From a virus (Duplodnaviria; Caudoviricetes): a stretch of 64,000 bases of DNA. The notes under the pieces were generated by a model, which did no database searches, was not told the origin of the DNA, and saw only the letters and a list, made by a program, of their open reading frames with translations. How positions within the stretch are numbered: position 1 is the first letter of the stretch; the number at the start of each line of letters is the position of its first letter. The stretch is from positions 1 through 64,000 of IMG/VR virus record IMGVR_UViG_3300047160_005790; one strand, 5' to 3'. Positions 1 to 7,965 of the stretch are shown one piece after another. Both the position numbers and the translations under genes were made by a program.

Positions 1-57
1 GCGCGTGACAGGGACTCGACGCCAATCCGGAGAATCCGCTAGTATCGACCCCGAACT

Positions 58-100
58 GGATCCAAACAGGATCCAAACAGGATCCAAACAGGATCCAACA
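58..100 (+). repeat. 11-bp tandem repeat (GGATCCAAACA x3 + GGATCCAACA)
   Basis: Read directly: copies at 58, 69, 80 and 91 with no spacers. Confidence 0.95.
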
Positions 101-118
101 GAAAGTTGGCACGGCACT

Positions 119-778
119 ATGCCACGAGTAGCTACAGAACTGACAGTCAAATCCTTCCTCGAACTCCTGTACAGCAACGCCATGCGGATCGAGTACGGCA
201 GAACAAAGGATCAAGGCCCGACGTACATCGTCGCCCTGCCCAGACCCGTGTACAGAGCGATCTACCGGCTCGTCCCCCGAGCACGTCCGTACTTGAGGGC
301 AGCGGCACAAGTCCGCCCGCTCACGGACACGATCTACGTTCAACTCAGCAGCCGACTCGTTTCTCGACTCGCAGTTCTCGGCGACGACTTGGCACAGGCA
401 GAACAAGATCGCCGCGACGGCAAGGACATAGACACAAACCTGGCAGACAGAGAACCCAGGTACAAACCAGGGTCACAACCGCAAGACACAAACCAAGGTT
501 ACAACCGCAAGACACAAGCTGAGCTAGCCGCAGACTTGCTAGCGAACAAGGCTTTCACAGAGTTCTTGCTCGAACGGACAACCTACTTCACAAGATCAGA
601 CGTCAGGAACTTCGGCAACCTTCAATACAAGGAGGCGATCGAGCTAGTCGGCGTACTTCGGCAGTTCAAGTTCGTCAAGGACCCCGGCAACCACCGCTTG
701 TACATCCAACCGGCGTTTCGCAAGCTTCTGCGAGACATTCACACCGTTCAAGAAAATCTAAACACGATCGGAGGATAG
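119..778 (+). CDS. Protein with C-terminal winged-helix domain paralogous to the primase-MCM helicase C-terminus
   Basis: ORF 5..778, probable ATG at 119. FTEFLLERTTYFTRSDVRNFGNLQYKEAIELVGVLRQFKFV...IQPAFRKLLR aligns by eye with LATFLRDQGHFRRQDVEEMLNYAREEANATINHLWALKMV...ISPTLHALLR of 53787..56618. Confidence 0.65.
   Translation: MPRVATELTVKSFLELLYSNAMRIEYGRTKDQGPTYIVALPRPVYRAIYRLVPRARPYLRAAAQVRPLTDTIYVQLSSRLVSRLAVLGDDLAQAEQDRRDGKDIDTNLADREPRYKPGSQPQDTNQGYNRKTQAELAADLLANKAFTEFLLERTTYFTRSDVRNFGNLQYKEAIELVGVLRQFKFVKDPGNHRLYIQPAFRKLLRDIHTVQENLNTIGG
462..513 (+). repeat. 26-bp tandem duplication inside the CDS (non-triplet period)
   Basis: acaaaccagggtcacaaccgcaagac / acaaaccaaggttacaaccgcaagac, 24/26 identical. 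Confidence 0.85.
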
Positions 779-783
779 CCGCT

Positions 784-1086
784 ATGGCAACTGACGCCAA
801 CACTACATCCTACCCTGACGTCAGCCGACGCAACCTTGCTGAGATTATGGCCCGTAATCCTGGCCTTGCAACGTTCCTCTTCCAAACAAGGTATAAGGGC
901 TTCACAAGGAGGGGCATGGAAGAGATGCTCAATTACAGCCGTGCCGAGGCAAATTACACGATACACACCCTGTGGGCTCAAGGGATGATCTCTAAGATAG
1001 AGGGCCGCATACATTCTGAGATCGCCCTCATCCTTTTCGTCGCAATTCTTCTCAAAGAGGATCTCTATGTTCATCGCAACTTCTAA
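784..1086 (+). CDS. Stand-alone winged-helix protein, paralog of the primase-MCM helicase C-terminal domain
   Basis: Shares PGLATFL, EEMLNY, EAN.TI..LWA, KI.G.I and LL.EDL with the last ~70 aa of 53787..56618. Confidence 0.8.
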   Translation: MATDANTTSYPDVSRRNLAEIMARNPGLATFLFQTRYKGFTRRGMEEMLNYSRAEANYTIHTLWAQGMISKIEGRIHSEIALILFVAILLKEDLYVHRNF

Positions 1087-1312
1087 CGCACCCAACCAGA
1101 AAAAGCGCCTCATACTCGGCCTCAGCGAGACCAACATCCTCAAGCTCCGCAACGACATGCCCATTCACAGAACACTCGGCGGCCCCGACTCGCCAGTACA
1201 GATTCCGGGCCTCGAAGATTGGGAGGTCCTCATAATCGGCCCGGAAGATTCGATACGCTTCATGATCCAAACCGGCGTCTCTGAAGATCAGATCGCAGAG
1301 TTCCAGAAGTAG
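1067..1312 (+). CDS. Hypothetical protein (81 aa)
   Basis: ORF in operon-like packing with its neighbours. Confidence 0.6.
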   Translation: MFIATSNAPNQKKRLILGLSETNILKLRNDMPIHRTLGGPDSPVQIPGLEDWEVLIIGPEDSIRFMIQTGVSEDQIAEFQK

Positions 1313-1344
1313 CGCAACAAACACGTAACAAACACGCACGAACC

Positions 1345-1536
1345 ATGATCTACGCAAAGGCCCTACTCTGGATTGCGGCCTGGTACTTGGTCGTGGAAAA
1401 TTTTGTGCTACTCATCGAGACGTTCCCGCACACTTACCAGCATCTCATTACGCTCGCAGCCCTTGCCTACGCAACTCTCTGGGGCTCAACCGACACGTAC
1501 ACACAACTTTTCCACAAGTTCAAGAAGAGGAGCTAA
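1345..1536 (+). CDS. Small membrane protein
   Basis: Two hydrophobic stretches and a basic C-terminus (KFKKRS). Confidence 0.55.
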   Translation: MIYAKALLWIAAWYLVVENFVLLIETFPHTYQHLITLAALAYATLWGSTDTYTQLFHKFKKRS

Positions 1537-1546
1537 CTCAAACATC

Positions 1547-1900
1547 ATGCCGATCGCTACGACGGTCCTCACCGACTTCCTCGACGCCGTTGACGAGATA
1601 ACCGACATTATGCTCGGCAACGGACCCGGCGCCGAGAAAGCCTATCACCGCCGCAGCCGCTACTCCCCCGGCCTCCCGACGATGTACGCCCATCAGCGGC
1701 AGTTAGCAAGCAAACTTCGAGAGCTTTCCCGGGCGACAAGACAACGTATCGAGCCCCGCCCGAGCTTCGCGGAGTTGACAAAGCCCCCAAGCAAACCGAA
1801 ACCTGCAAGAACTCAAGATCCGCAAGACGCCGACACAGACGAGATCAAGCAACAGGATCCTCCCCAACTCGATGCTTGGCCGAGACGTCCCGGAGTTTAG
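1547..1900 (+). CDS. Hypothetical protein
   Basis: Internal ATG (MPIATT...) of ORF 1373..1900, just after the preceding stop. Confidence 0.5.
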   Translation: MPIATTVLTDFLDAVDEITDIMLGNGPGAEKAYHRRSRYSPGLPTMYAHQRQLASKLRELSRATRQRIEPRPSFAELTKPPSKPKPARTQDPQDADTDEIKQQDPPQLDAWPRRPGV

Positions 1901-1965
1901 GCCGCCTCGACGCCGCCTCGACGCCAACTCGGAAGATCCGCTAGGCTATCCGTTCGCCTACCTCA

Positions 1966-2018
1966 CCTGCGCGGGGCGGGGCGAATCGGAGATGCCACTC
2001 CTCTCCGCTCCGCGCAGG
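1966..2018. terminator. Long GC-rich hairpin (terminator or processing stem)
   Basis: CCTGCGCGG (1966-1974) pairs with CCGCGCAGG (2010-2018); the stem extends to ~16 bp with two G-U pairs; intergenic. Confidence 0.55.
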
Positions 2019-2092
2019 AAGGCAAGGTAGAAAGGCGAAGAGTACAAGGCAAAGGCGAACGCCCCGCTATGGGGGCCCAAGGAGGTAGGTAC

Positions 2093-2440
2093 ATGAGGAC
2101 AGGCACGCGCAGCCGACTCGAAGCGCTGCTCGCCGACAACGACGCGGCGCAGGCGCAACTCACGCAAGGCGAGCTAGACCGCTTCGACGACGTAGCAACG
2201 GTCAGTTTTTGGGCAAAGCTGGCCGATCGCCTCGCGGGCGAGTTGCGGCAGTTAATGCCGAAGCGCGACGACAGCGTTTTCGAAACGTCGCTGCCGGACG
2301 GCGGCAACTTGTTCGTCGTAGACAGCCCCGAGGAGCTGTTCGTGTTCGTAGAGGAAGCGACGCACGAGGGCGAGGTACTCCCCCTCAACGTCGAGTGCGT
2401 CTACAGCTATATCAAGCCCACGTCGCCGGAGGCGTTGTAG
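2093..2440 (+). CDS. Hypothetical protein
   Basis: ATG at 2093 preceded by GGAGGT. Confidence 0.65.
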   Translation: MRTGTRSRLEALLADNDAAQAQLTQGELDRFDDVATVSFWAKLADRLAGELRQLMPKRDDSVFETSLPDGGNLFVVDSPEELFVFVEEATHEGEVLPLNVECVYSYIKPTSPEAL

Positions 2441-2638
2441 GTGCCGGGCGTCTCGCGGCAGTGCGCATGCTTCGCGTGCTGGAACAGCAACAACCCGGAT
2501 CGCCCGGTGCCCGAGGGCACGCTCGAACGAGGGCCGGACGAGATCTGCTGCTACTGCGGCAGGCCGACCAATTCCGGCATCTACACCCGCGTCTACAACG
2601 ACGACGTTCCCTACCCGCAGACACAGGAGGACGCATGA
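2441..2638 (+). CDS. Small Cys-rich, putative metal-binding protein
   Basis: CACFAC and CCYC motifs; abuts both neighbours. Confidence 0.55.
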   Translation: MPGVSRQCACFACWNSNNPDRPVPEGTLERGPDEICCYCGRPTNSGIYTRVYNDDVPYPQTQEDA

Positions 2639-3924
2639 CGGTCATCAGCACCAGCCACTACGACGACCAGAAGACGCCGAACCCCGGCAACGGCTGGCCG
2701 GGCGGCATCGCCTACGACGCCAATCTCGGCCTCGATCCGCAGTTCTCGATCGTCGCCGAGCCGCACGGGGCAGTCAAGAACATCGCCCGCTACCGATCGA
2801 CGAACGGCGCCAGTCAGTTCGGTTGGGGAGAGGGCCTAGAGTCCTACGTCTGGAAGGACAGCCAGGCCAGCGCGCTCATCACCGAGGGGGCGGACGAGTG
2901 GTACGGCTTCGGGCTGCGGACGGAAGCCGACTTCGTTGATCCGATTCACTTCCTAGCGATCATGCAGTTCTACTGCTTCGACTACGCCTGGAAGGGGCCG
3001 GGCGGCATAACGCCGTTCGTGGGCTCGCCACCCGCACTCATGAGCCTCGGCGGGAACGGCCTCTACATCAGCAACAACGCGGGGCACTGCACACCGGCTA
3101 GCGGCGGCGGCGCCAGCTGGGAGGTCAACCGTTGGGTGACGATCGTGCCGGGGACGGCGTTCAAGTGGGGCGTCTGGACCGACGTGATGATGCACATCGT
3201 TTGGTCGAAGGGGCCGTCCGGCAGCATTACGACCTACTACCGCCGCGCAGGGCTCGACAAGGACTTCGTGCTCGGGCAGGCGGTGAACGGGCCGACGCTG
3301 CGGTGGACGGAGACCTACAACAACGGCAACTCGCCGGGCATCGGTCTCATGAAGCAGGGCATTTACCGCGGCTCGGGCTGCAAGGACTCAACTGGGCAGC
3401 CGTACGTGAATACCGGGGGCAACGTCGGTCATTACGTCGCTCCGAACTGCCAGTACGGTCTCTTCGAGTCGCAGCCGGACACGATCATGTACGCCTCCGG
3501 CATCATCCGGGCGACGACGCAGGCCGAAGTGCTCGCCTGGCTCGGGGCCGCGGCGGTCAGCCCGCCGCCGAGCCCACCCAGCCCGCCGCCGCCTAGCCCG
3601 CCCAGCCCGCCCAGCCCGCCCAGCCCACCCCCGCCACCGCCGCCTCCCAGCCCGCCCGCCGCCGACCCGGTTGCGCTTATCGACGCGGCTACCGACGCAA
3701 TTCACAAGACGACGACGACCTACGCCTACTGGTACGGGCGGCTCACCGGCAGTATCAAGCCGAAGTACACCGCCGCTCAGCTCGCTTCGACGCAGTGGCA
3801 CCTGGCCTTCCAGGCGTTGCTCGACGCGAAGAACGCAATCGCCGCGAAGCCACTCACGCTACGCGAGGAACCCGACATGGAGGCGTACCTCGACGCCATT
3901 CAGTTCTCGGCAGAGGACGAATGA
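2635..3924 (+). CDS. Polysaccharide lyase-like beta-jelly-roll protein with Pro/Ser linker and helical C-terminal domain
   Basis: ATG at 2635 after GGAGG. W.D...HIVWSKG...G and MKQGIYR resemble PL13/PL20-like folds; the N-terminal ~300 aa are paralogous to 36586..39042. Confidence 0.6.
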   Translation: MTVISTSHYDDQKTPNPGNGWPGGIAYDANLGLDPQFSIVAEPHGAVKNIARYRSTNGASQFGWGEGLESYVWKDSQASALITEGADEWYGFGLRTEADFVDPIHFLAIMQFYCFDYAWKGPGGITPFVGSPPALMSLGGNGLYISNNAGHCTPASGGGASWEVNRWVTIVPGTAFKWGVWTDVMMHIVWSKGPSGSITTYYRRAGLDKDFVLGQAVNGPTLRWTETYNNGNSPGIGLMKQGIYRGSGCKDSTGQPYVNTGGNVGHYVAPNCQYGLFESQPDTIMYASGIIRATTQAEVLAWLGAAAVSPPPSPPSPPPPSPPSPPSPPSPPPPPPPPSPPAADPVALIDAATDAIHKTTTTYAYWYGRLTGSIKPKYTAAQLASTQWHLAFQALLDAKNAIAAKPLTLREEPDMEAYLDAIQFSAEDE

Positions 3925-4307
3925 GCCGCCTGCCGATACCGGGCACGCATGAACCGGGCTTTCAGGAGCTTCGTATCGTACAACAGCGCGTGCCGGACGA
4001 GATGCCGGCAGAGCTACGCGAGTTGCCAGGCTTCGCCGTTTTCGTCATGGGCGGCTGTTCGATCATACGAGCCCGCGAACCGGCCGGGGCGAACGGCGAG
4101 CAGCTTTGGCACCTCAGTATCGCACACCCGAGTCGGCACCCGACTTGGGACGAGATCAAAGTCGCTCGCTACCGGCTGTTGCCGGACGACCGCACCTTCG
4201 GCTTGCTCTTGCCGCCGAGGGCGAGCTACGTCAACGTACAGACGCAAGACCACGTCTTTCACTTGTGGGAGACCACCGACCCGAGGGAGCCATGGACGGC
4301 GACATAG
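3921..4307 (+). CDS. Conserved phage hypothetical protein (DUF7694-like)
   Basis: WHLSIAHPSRHPTWDEIK...LLPP...YVN...HVFHLWE motif pattern; ATGA overlap. Confidence 0.6.
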   Translation: MSRLPIPGTHEPGFQELRIVQQRVPDEMPAELRELPGFAVFVMGGCSIIRAREPAGANGEQLWHLSIAHPSRHPTWDEIKVARYRLLPDDRTFGLLLPPRASYVNVQTQDHVFHLWETTDPREPWTAT

Positions 4308-4507
4308 GCAAAGAAGGCATCAACATTACGGAAGAGCAGGCGATCGACCTGGCGAACGCGCTCGTGCGCGGCGAGGCGGCCAAGGAAGGGCTATTTGCGG
4401 CTCGTAGACGCGGCGACGGCGAGCAACTGCGGGCGTTCGCCGCCGAGTACGTCCGCACCGGCTGGCAAATCTACGACATCGTCGAAAGCGTCAACACAAG
4501 GGCATAG
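4292..4507 (+). CDS. Hypothetical protein
   Basis: ATG after GGGAG; operon packing. Confidence 0.5.
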   Translation: MDGDIGKEGINITEEQAIDLANALVRGEAAKEGLFAARRRGDGEQLRAFAAEYVRTGWQIYDIVESVNTRA

Positions 4508-5020
4508 TTGAGCCGCGTCTACGTCGCGAGCAGCTGGAAGAACATGCTGACGCTCGACAGCGTTATCGACGGGCTGCGGGAAGTCGGTCACGTCGTGTAC
4601 GACTTTCGCGAGGGCGAGAGCTTTCACTGGTCGCTGGTGCGGCCCGGCTACCGCGAAGAAATGCTCGAAGCGACGACCTACCTCGAAATGCTCGGCAACG
4701 CTCAAGCAATCAGCGGCTTCGAGCGAGACATGCGTCACCTGTACTGGGCAGATATCACGATCTGCGTCCTACCTTGCGGGCGCAGCGCTCACCTAGAAAC
4801 GGGCTTCGCGGCCGGTCGCGACGACAAGCGTTCGGCAGTATTCCTCGGCGAGTACCCGGTACAGCCGGAGTTGATGTACCTCATGACCGACTTCATCACG
4901 GGCAGCATTCCGGACTTGATTGAGTGGACGCTCCAACCCGAGCAGACGTTCATACACAGCGGCGAACCGCCGTACGTACCGCAACCCGGCGGCTTCCGCA
5001 CGGCGCGGGAGGAACGTTGA
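4508..5020 (+). CDS. Nucleoside 2-deoxyribosyltransferase-like / nucleotide N-glycosidase
   Basis: VYVASSWKN start, VYDF, and LPCGRSAHLETGFAAG carrying the NDT-type catalytic Glu. Confidence 0.7.
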   Translation: MSRVYVASSWKNMLTLDSVIDGLREVGHVVYDFREGESFHWSLVRPGYREEMLEATTYLEMLGNAQAISGFERDMRHLYWADITICVLPCGRSAHLETGFAAGRDDKRSAVFLGEYPVQPELMYLMTDFITGSIPDLIEWTLQPEQTFIHSGEPPYVPQPGGFRTAREER

Positions 5021-5205
5021 GGGCATTTCGAGCTGTTTGGTGGCGATGGAAGGTGCTCACGGCTTGGGAGCAAATGTGGGTGATTATATGGAGCCCGCTT
5101 CTGTTCGTTGTAATCGTCGGTGGTTTGCTCGTCAGATCGTTTGGGGAGGCCTTACTTACCGCTCGCTGGCTGCTCTTCCGGGAGGGCGAGGAACATTGCG
5201 ACTGA
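5017..5205 (+). CDS. Small membrane protein
   Basis: TTGA overlap; hydrophobic WVIIWSPLLFVVIVGGLL. Confidence 0.45.
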   Translation: MRAFRAVWWRWKVLTAWEQMWVIIWSPLLFVVIVGGLLVRSFGEALLTARWLLFREGEEHCD

Positions 5206-5347
5206 AAGGGGGCAACATGTGTTAGTGCGTATCGACGCTCAACGGCTCGCGCAGGGGCTCCGCGAGCTAGCGGAACAGATCGGCCTGGGGCTATCGGGCC
5301 AAGCCAGAGTCTCGATCATCGCGTTCGTCACCAAGGAGGACATTTCG

Positions 5348-5659
5348 ATGGGAGCAATCACAGTCAAGGACGTCGATTCCGAGCTGACCGCGAGCGTCAC
5401 CTTCCTCGACGCGAAGGGCAACCCCACGGAGCCGGACGACCTGCCGGTCTGGGCGTCGTCGGACGAGAACGTGGCGACGGTAACGGCGTCCAGCGACGGC
5501 CTCACGGCCACCGTCACGCCCGGCAATCCCGGCGCGGCAGTAGTCTCGGTCAGCTCGACCAACAGCTCGGGCGACGCGATGGCGTCGCAGGGCACCGTGA
5601 CCGTGCTGCCCGGCCCCGCCGAGTCGATCGGGGACGTGACCTTCGAGCCGGCAAGCTAA
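5348..5659 (+). CDS. Ig-like (Big_2-like) domain protein
   Basis: ATG after AAGGAGG (may start at GTG 5219); VWASSDENVATVTASSDGLTATVT is typical of Big_2. Confidence 0.7.
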   Translation: MGAITVKDVDSELTASVTFLDAKGNPTEPDDLPVWASSDENVATVTASSDGLTATVTPGNPGAAVVSVSSTNSSGDAMASQGTVTVLPGPAESIGDVTFEPAS

Positions 5660-5670
5660 CAGCAGCGAAC

Positions 5671-5705
5671 CGAGGCCGGGGGACGACTGGCATCCCCCGG
5701 CCTCG
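5671..5705 (+). terminator. Perfect 13-bp hairpin, probable terminator
   Basis: CGAGGCCGGGGGA / TCCCCCGGCCTCG with a 9-nt loop and no U tract; intergenic. Confidence 0.6.
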
Positions 5706-5718
5706 CTAGGAGGCCAAT

Positions 5719-5961
5719 ATGCCCAGGAGGATCATCATCAAACGACAGCGGACGGAATACTTCGAGGCCAATCTTGAAGAGTTCATGCGCGCCTTCCCGC
5801 AGACGCGCCTGTTGCACGAGTCCGACCAGATCGAAAAGTTCAAGTCGGAATGGCGCGAGGGTAGTAGCCTGTTCCTCGCCGTCGGCACTCGGCAGGACGA
5901 TCAAGATTGCTGGGTCGAGCGCGACGATCGGCAAGTTACGTACACGGCCGGGGACATGTGA
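5719..5961 (+). CDS. Hypothetical protein
   Basis: ATG after AGGAGG. Confidence 0.6.
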   Translation: MPRRIIIKRQRTEYFEANLEEFMRAFPQTRLLHESDQIEKFKSEWREGSSLFLAVGTRQDDQDCWVERDDRQVTYTAGDM

Positions 5962-6167
5962 TGCCCGAGATCGAGAATCCGCAGAACATCACACCTGAAC
6001 AGCTAGACGGCGCTCGGCAGCTACAGCTCCAGGTCGGACAGGCGCCGGAGCGCATGTTCGTCGATAACAAATACGGCATTCTTCGGCTCGACTACTGCCG
6101 GCAGGGCCGCCACTTCTTCCTCGATCGCGACGGCAAACGCATCTTCTGGTCAGAGCCCGCGACGTGA
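5961..6167 (+). CDS. Hypothetical protein
   Basis: TGATG coupling with the upstream gene. Confidence 0.55.
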   Translation: MPEIENPQNITPEQLDGARQLQLQVGQAPERMFVDNKYGILRLDYCRQGRHFFLDRDGKRIFWSEPAT

Positions 6168-6688
6168 GGAAACGACAGCCGCCGCTGGGAGTCATTACGC
6201 ACTTCACCGGCGACGAGCACTTTTTGAGCAACTTCTACCTGTCGCCGGTGCTGCTCGGCAATATCTGGTACCCGTCGGGCGAGCACGCCTTCGTGTCGCT
6301 CAAGACGATCGACCCACGCATAAAACGGAAGGTTGCTCAAATCGAGACGCCGCTCGAAGCGAAGCGCTACGGCCGCAAAATCGAGTTGCGGCCAGAGTGG
6401 GACGACAGGCGCGTCGAGATGATGTCGCGGGTCATTCGCTCGAAGTTCTCGCCGACTCGCAACCGTCACCTTGCGCAGCAACTCGTTCGCACCCGCGGCT
6501 ACACGCTCGTCGAGGGCAATCATTGGGGCGACCTGTACTGGGGCGCCTGTTACTTCACGAACAACAACCGGGTGCCGGATATGAAGGTTTGGCACCGTGA
6601 CGGCAACATACCGCTGATCGGCTTCAACTTTCTCGGTAGCTTGCTCATGATTCGTCGCGACCAGCTGATAGCCGAGGGAGTCACATGA
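6164..6688 (+). CDS. NADAR (YbiA-like) family hydrolase
   Basis: FLSNFY, YPSGEHAF...K, AKRYGRK...LRPEWD, KFS and LVEGNHWGDLYWG motifs. Confidence 0.9.
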   Translation: MRKRQPPLGVITHFTGDEHFLSNFYLSPVLLGNIWYPSGEHAFVSLKTIDPRIKRKVAQIETPLEAKRYGRKIELRPEWDDRRVEMMSRVIRSKFSPTRNRHLAQQLVRTRGYTLVEGNHWGDLYWGACYFTNNNRVPDMKVWHRDGNIPLIGFNFLGSLLMIRRDQLIAEGVT

Positions 6689-6810
6689 TCCGAGTTATTT
6701 GTTGGGCCTGTCGCGCGTTCTGTAAGTACGACGCCGCTCGCATGATCTGGACTTGCCCAAAGTGCCTGACGCAGATCACGGTCGAGGAGCTAGAGAAGGA
6801 AATCGGTTGA
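6685..6810 (+). CDS. Zn-ribbon microprotein (41 aa)
   Basis: My translation: MIRVICWACRAFCKYDAARMIWTCPKCLTQITVEELEKEIG; two CxxC motifs; overlaps both neighbours by 4 nt. Confidence 0.6.
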   Translation: MIRVICWACRAFCKYDAARMIWTCPKCLTQITVEELEKEIG

Positions 6811-7331
6811 TCGGCATCTTCGCCATCGACCCTGGCGGGCATACCGGCGTCGCCTTCGGCGCGTTCGACGAGAAGTCAGAGTCGCTGTACGACGCGCTGG
6901 CTGACAAGCGCGACGCCAACTCTGTGACGTACGAGGGCGACCCCGGTAGGCAGGCTCGGCAGATCGCGAGCCTTTGGCGCACGTTCTACCGAGTTTGCGT
7001 CGAGGTACACGAAATTGATCCGTCGCGGGTGTACTTCGTTTGCGAGGACTTTCAGCTCGGCCCGAACACGCCGCCCGGCAGCGATATATTGCTGGCGTGT
7101 AAGGTGGCCTGGGCGACCTGGGGCTATCGGCTCGGCCGCGCCGACGAGTTCGAGGCGAGGGATTGGTGGCCGCTCGGCCCGCTGGCCACGCATTGGCAGC
7201 TATCGAGCCAGGCCATGAACTTCGCCAGCGACGCTCGGCTGAAGCGCTGGGGCCTTTGGGTCAAAGGCAAGGATCACGAGCGCGCGGCTTGGCGGCACCT
7301 CGCATACTTTCTAAATGGTTTCATCAAATAA
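6807..7331 (+). CDS. RuvC-like Holliday junction resolvase
   Basis: AIDPGGHTGVA, VCEDF and C-terminal HERAAWRH; TTG start after GAAGG. Confidence 0.75.
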   Translation: MIGIFAIDPGGHTGVAFGAFDEKSESLYDALADKRDANSVTYEGDPGRQARQIASLWRTFYRVCVEVHEIDPSRVYFVCEDFQLGPNTPPGSDILLACKVAWATWGYRLGRADEFEARDWWPLGPLATHWQLSSQAMNFASDARLKRWGLWVKGKDHERAAWRHLAYFLNGFIK

Positions 7332-7583
7332 GCCGTGCCTCATGTCGTGGGGCGTCGCCATACCTCGGTTGAACGTGCGTGTTCACGGCTACCGGCCGGT
7401 CGCCAAATCGCGGCGGTTTCGTCATTTTCATCGCCTCGGCGTATCAATTGTGATCACGAGTTATCGGCGGCTCTAGTCAGCCCCTCGCGCGCGCGTGCAC
7501 GCGCGGGCACACTTCCCTTTATCCATAGGGAAAGTTGCGGCCTCCTCGCGCGGGCGTGCCAAAGGCGCTAAGCTATCGACCCG
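7332..7583. promoter_or_regulatory. Non-coding region before the packaging genes with palindromes (candidate late promoter, pac site or terminus)
   Basis: 16-bp perfect palindrome CGCGCGTGCACGCGCG at 7490-7505, GTGATCAC palindrome, imperfect TTCCC...GGGAA inverted repeat. Confidence 0.4.
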
Positions 7584-7793
7584 ATGGCAACGACGTTACA
7601 GTTGGCACCGTGGCTGTATCGGCCGGCAGTGCACCCTCGGGATTGGCAACCCGTTCAGCCAGGCTGGGGACAGGTCGTCCCGCTCGGCTTCGAGGTTGAT
7701 ATGCGAGCTGGCAGCCTGGCGACGCCGGGCAGCGTGCGACGTACAAACCACAGAATCGTTCAGGGCAAATGGCCCATGAGGCCCGTTCCGTAG
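7584..7793 (+). CDS. Hypothetical protein
   Basis: ORF only. Confidence 0.4.
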   Translation: MATTLQLAPWLYRPAVHPRDWQPVQPGWGQVVPLGFEVDMRAGSLATPGSVRRTNHRIVQGKWPMRPVP

Positions 7794-7797
7794 CCAG

Positions 7798-7965
7798 ATG
7801 CTCACCCAGGCGGAGTGTGACCTAGAGATCACCCGCTTCTGGCAAGAGATCAAAGACCACCCAGATGAAGAGTTCGAGAACGGTGTGCGCCGACAAGAGA
7901 TCGACCGCTTACTCGACTTGCGACCGGCGACGCTCGTGATCCGGGAGCCTTCGCATGCCGCGTAG
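7798..7965 (+). CDS. Hypothetical protein (55 aa)
   Basis: My translation MLTQAECDLEITRFWQEIKDHPDEEF...; fills the gap before TerS. Confidence 0.5.
   Translation: MLTQAECDLEITRFWQEIKDHPDEEFENGVRRQEIDRLLDLRPATLVIREPSHAA

Noticed and set aside
58-100. Tandem repeat as a mini-CRISPR array
   Set aside because: The 11-bp units are contiguous with no spacers.
2209-2634. N-terminal extension of the 571-aa ORF (likewise 9510-9728 of TerL and 51109-51246 of ThyX)
   Set aside because: It overlaps other well-formed genes, and better starts with RBS or coupling exist downstream.
3558-3660. CCG/CCC/AGC low-complexity tracts (also ~37560-37625 and ~39700-39745) as microsatellites or contingency loci
   Set aside because: They are in-frame Pro/Ser linkers between protein domains.
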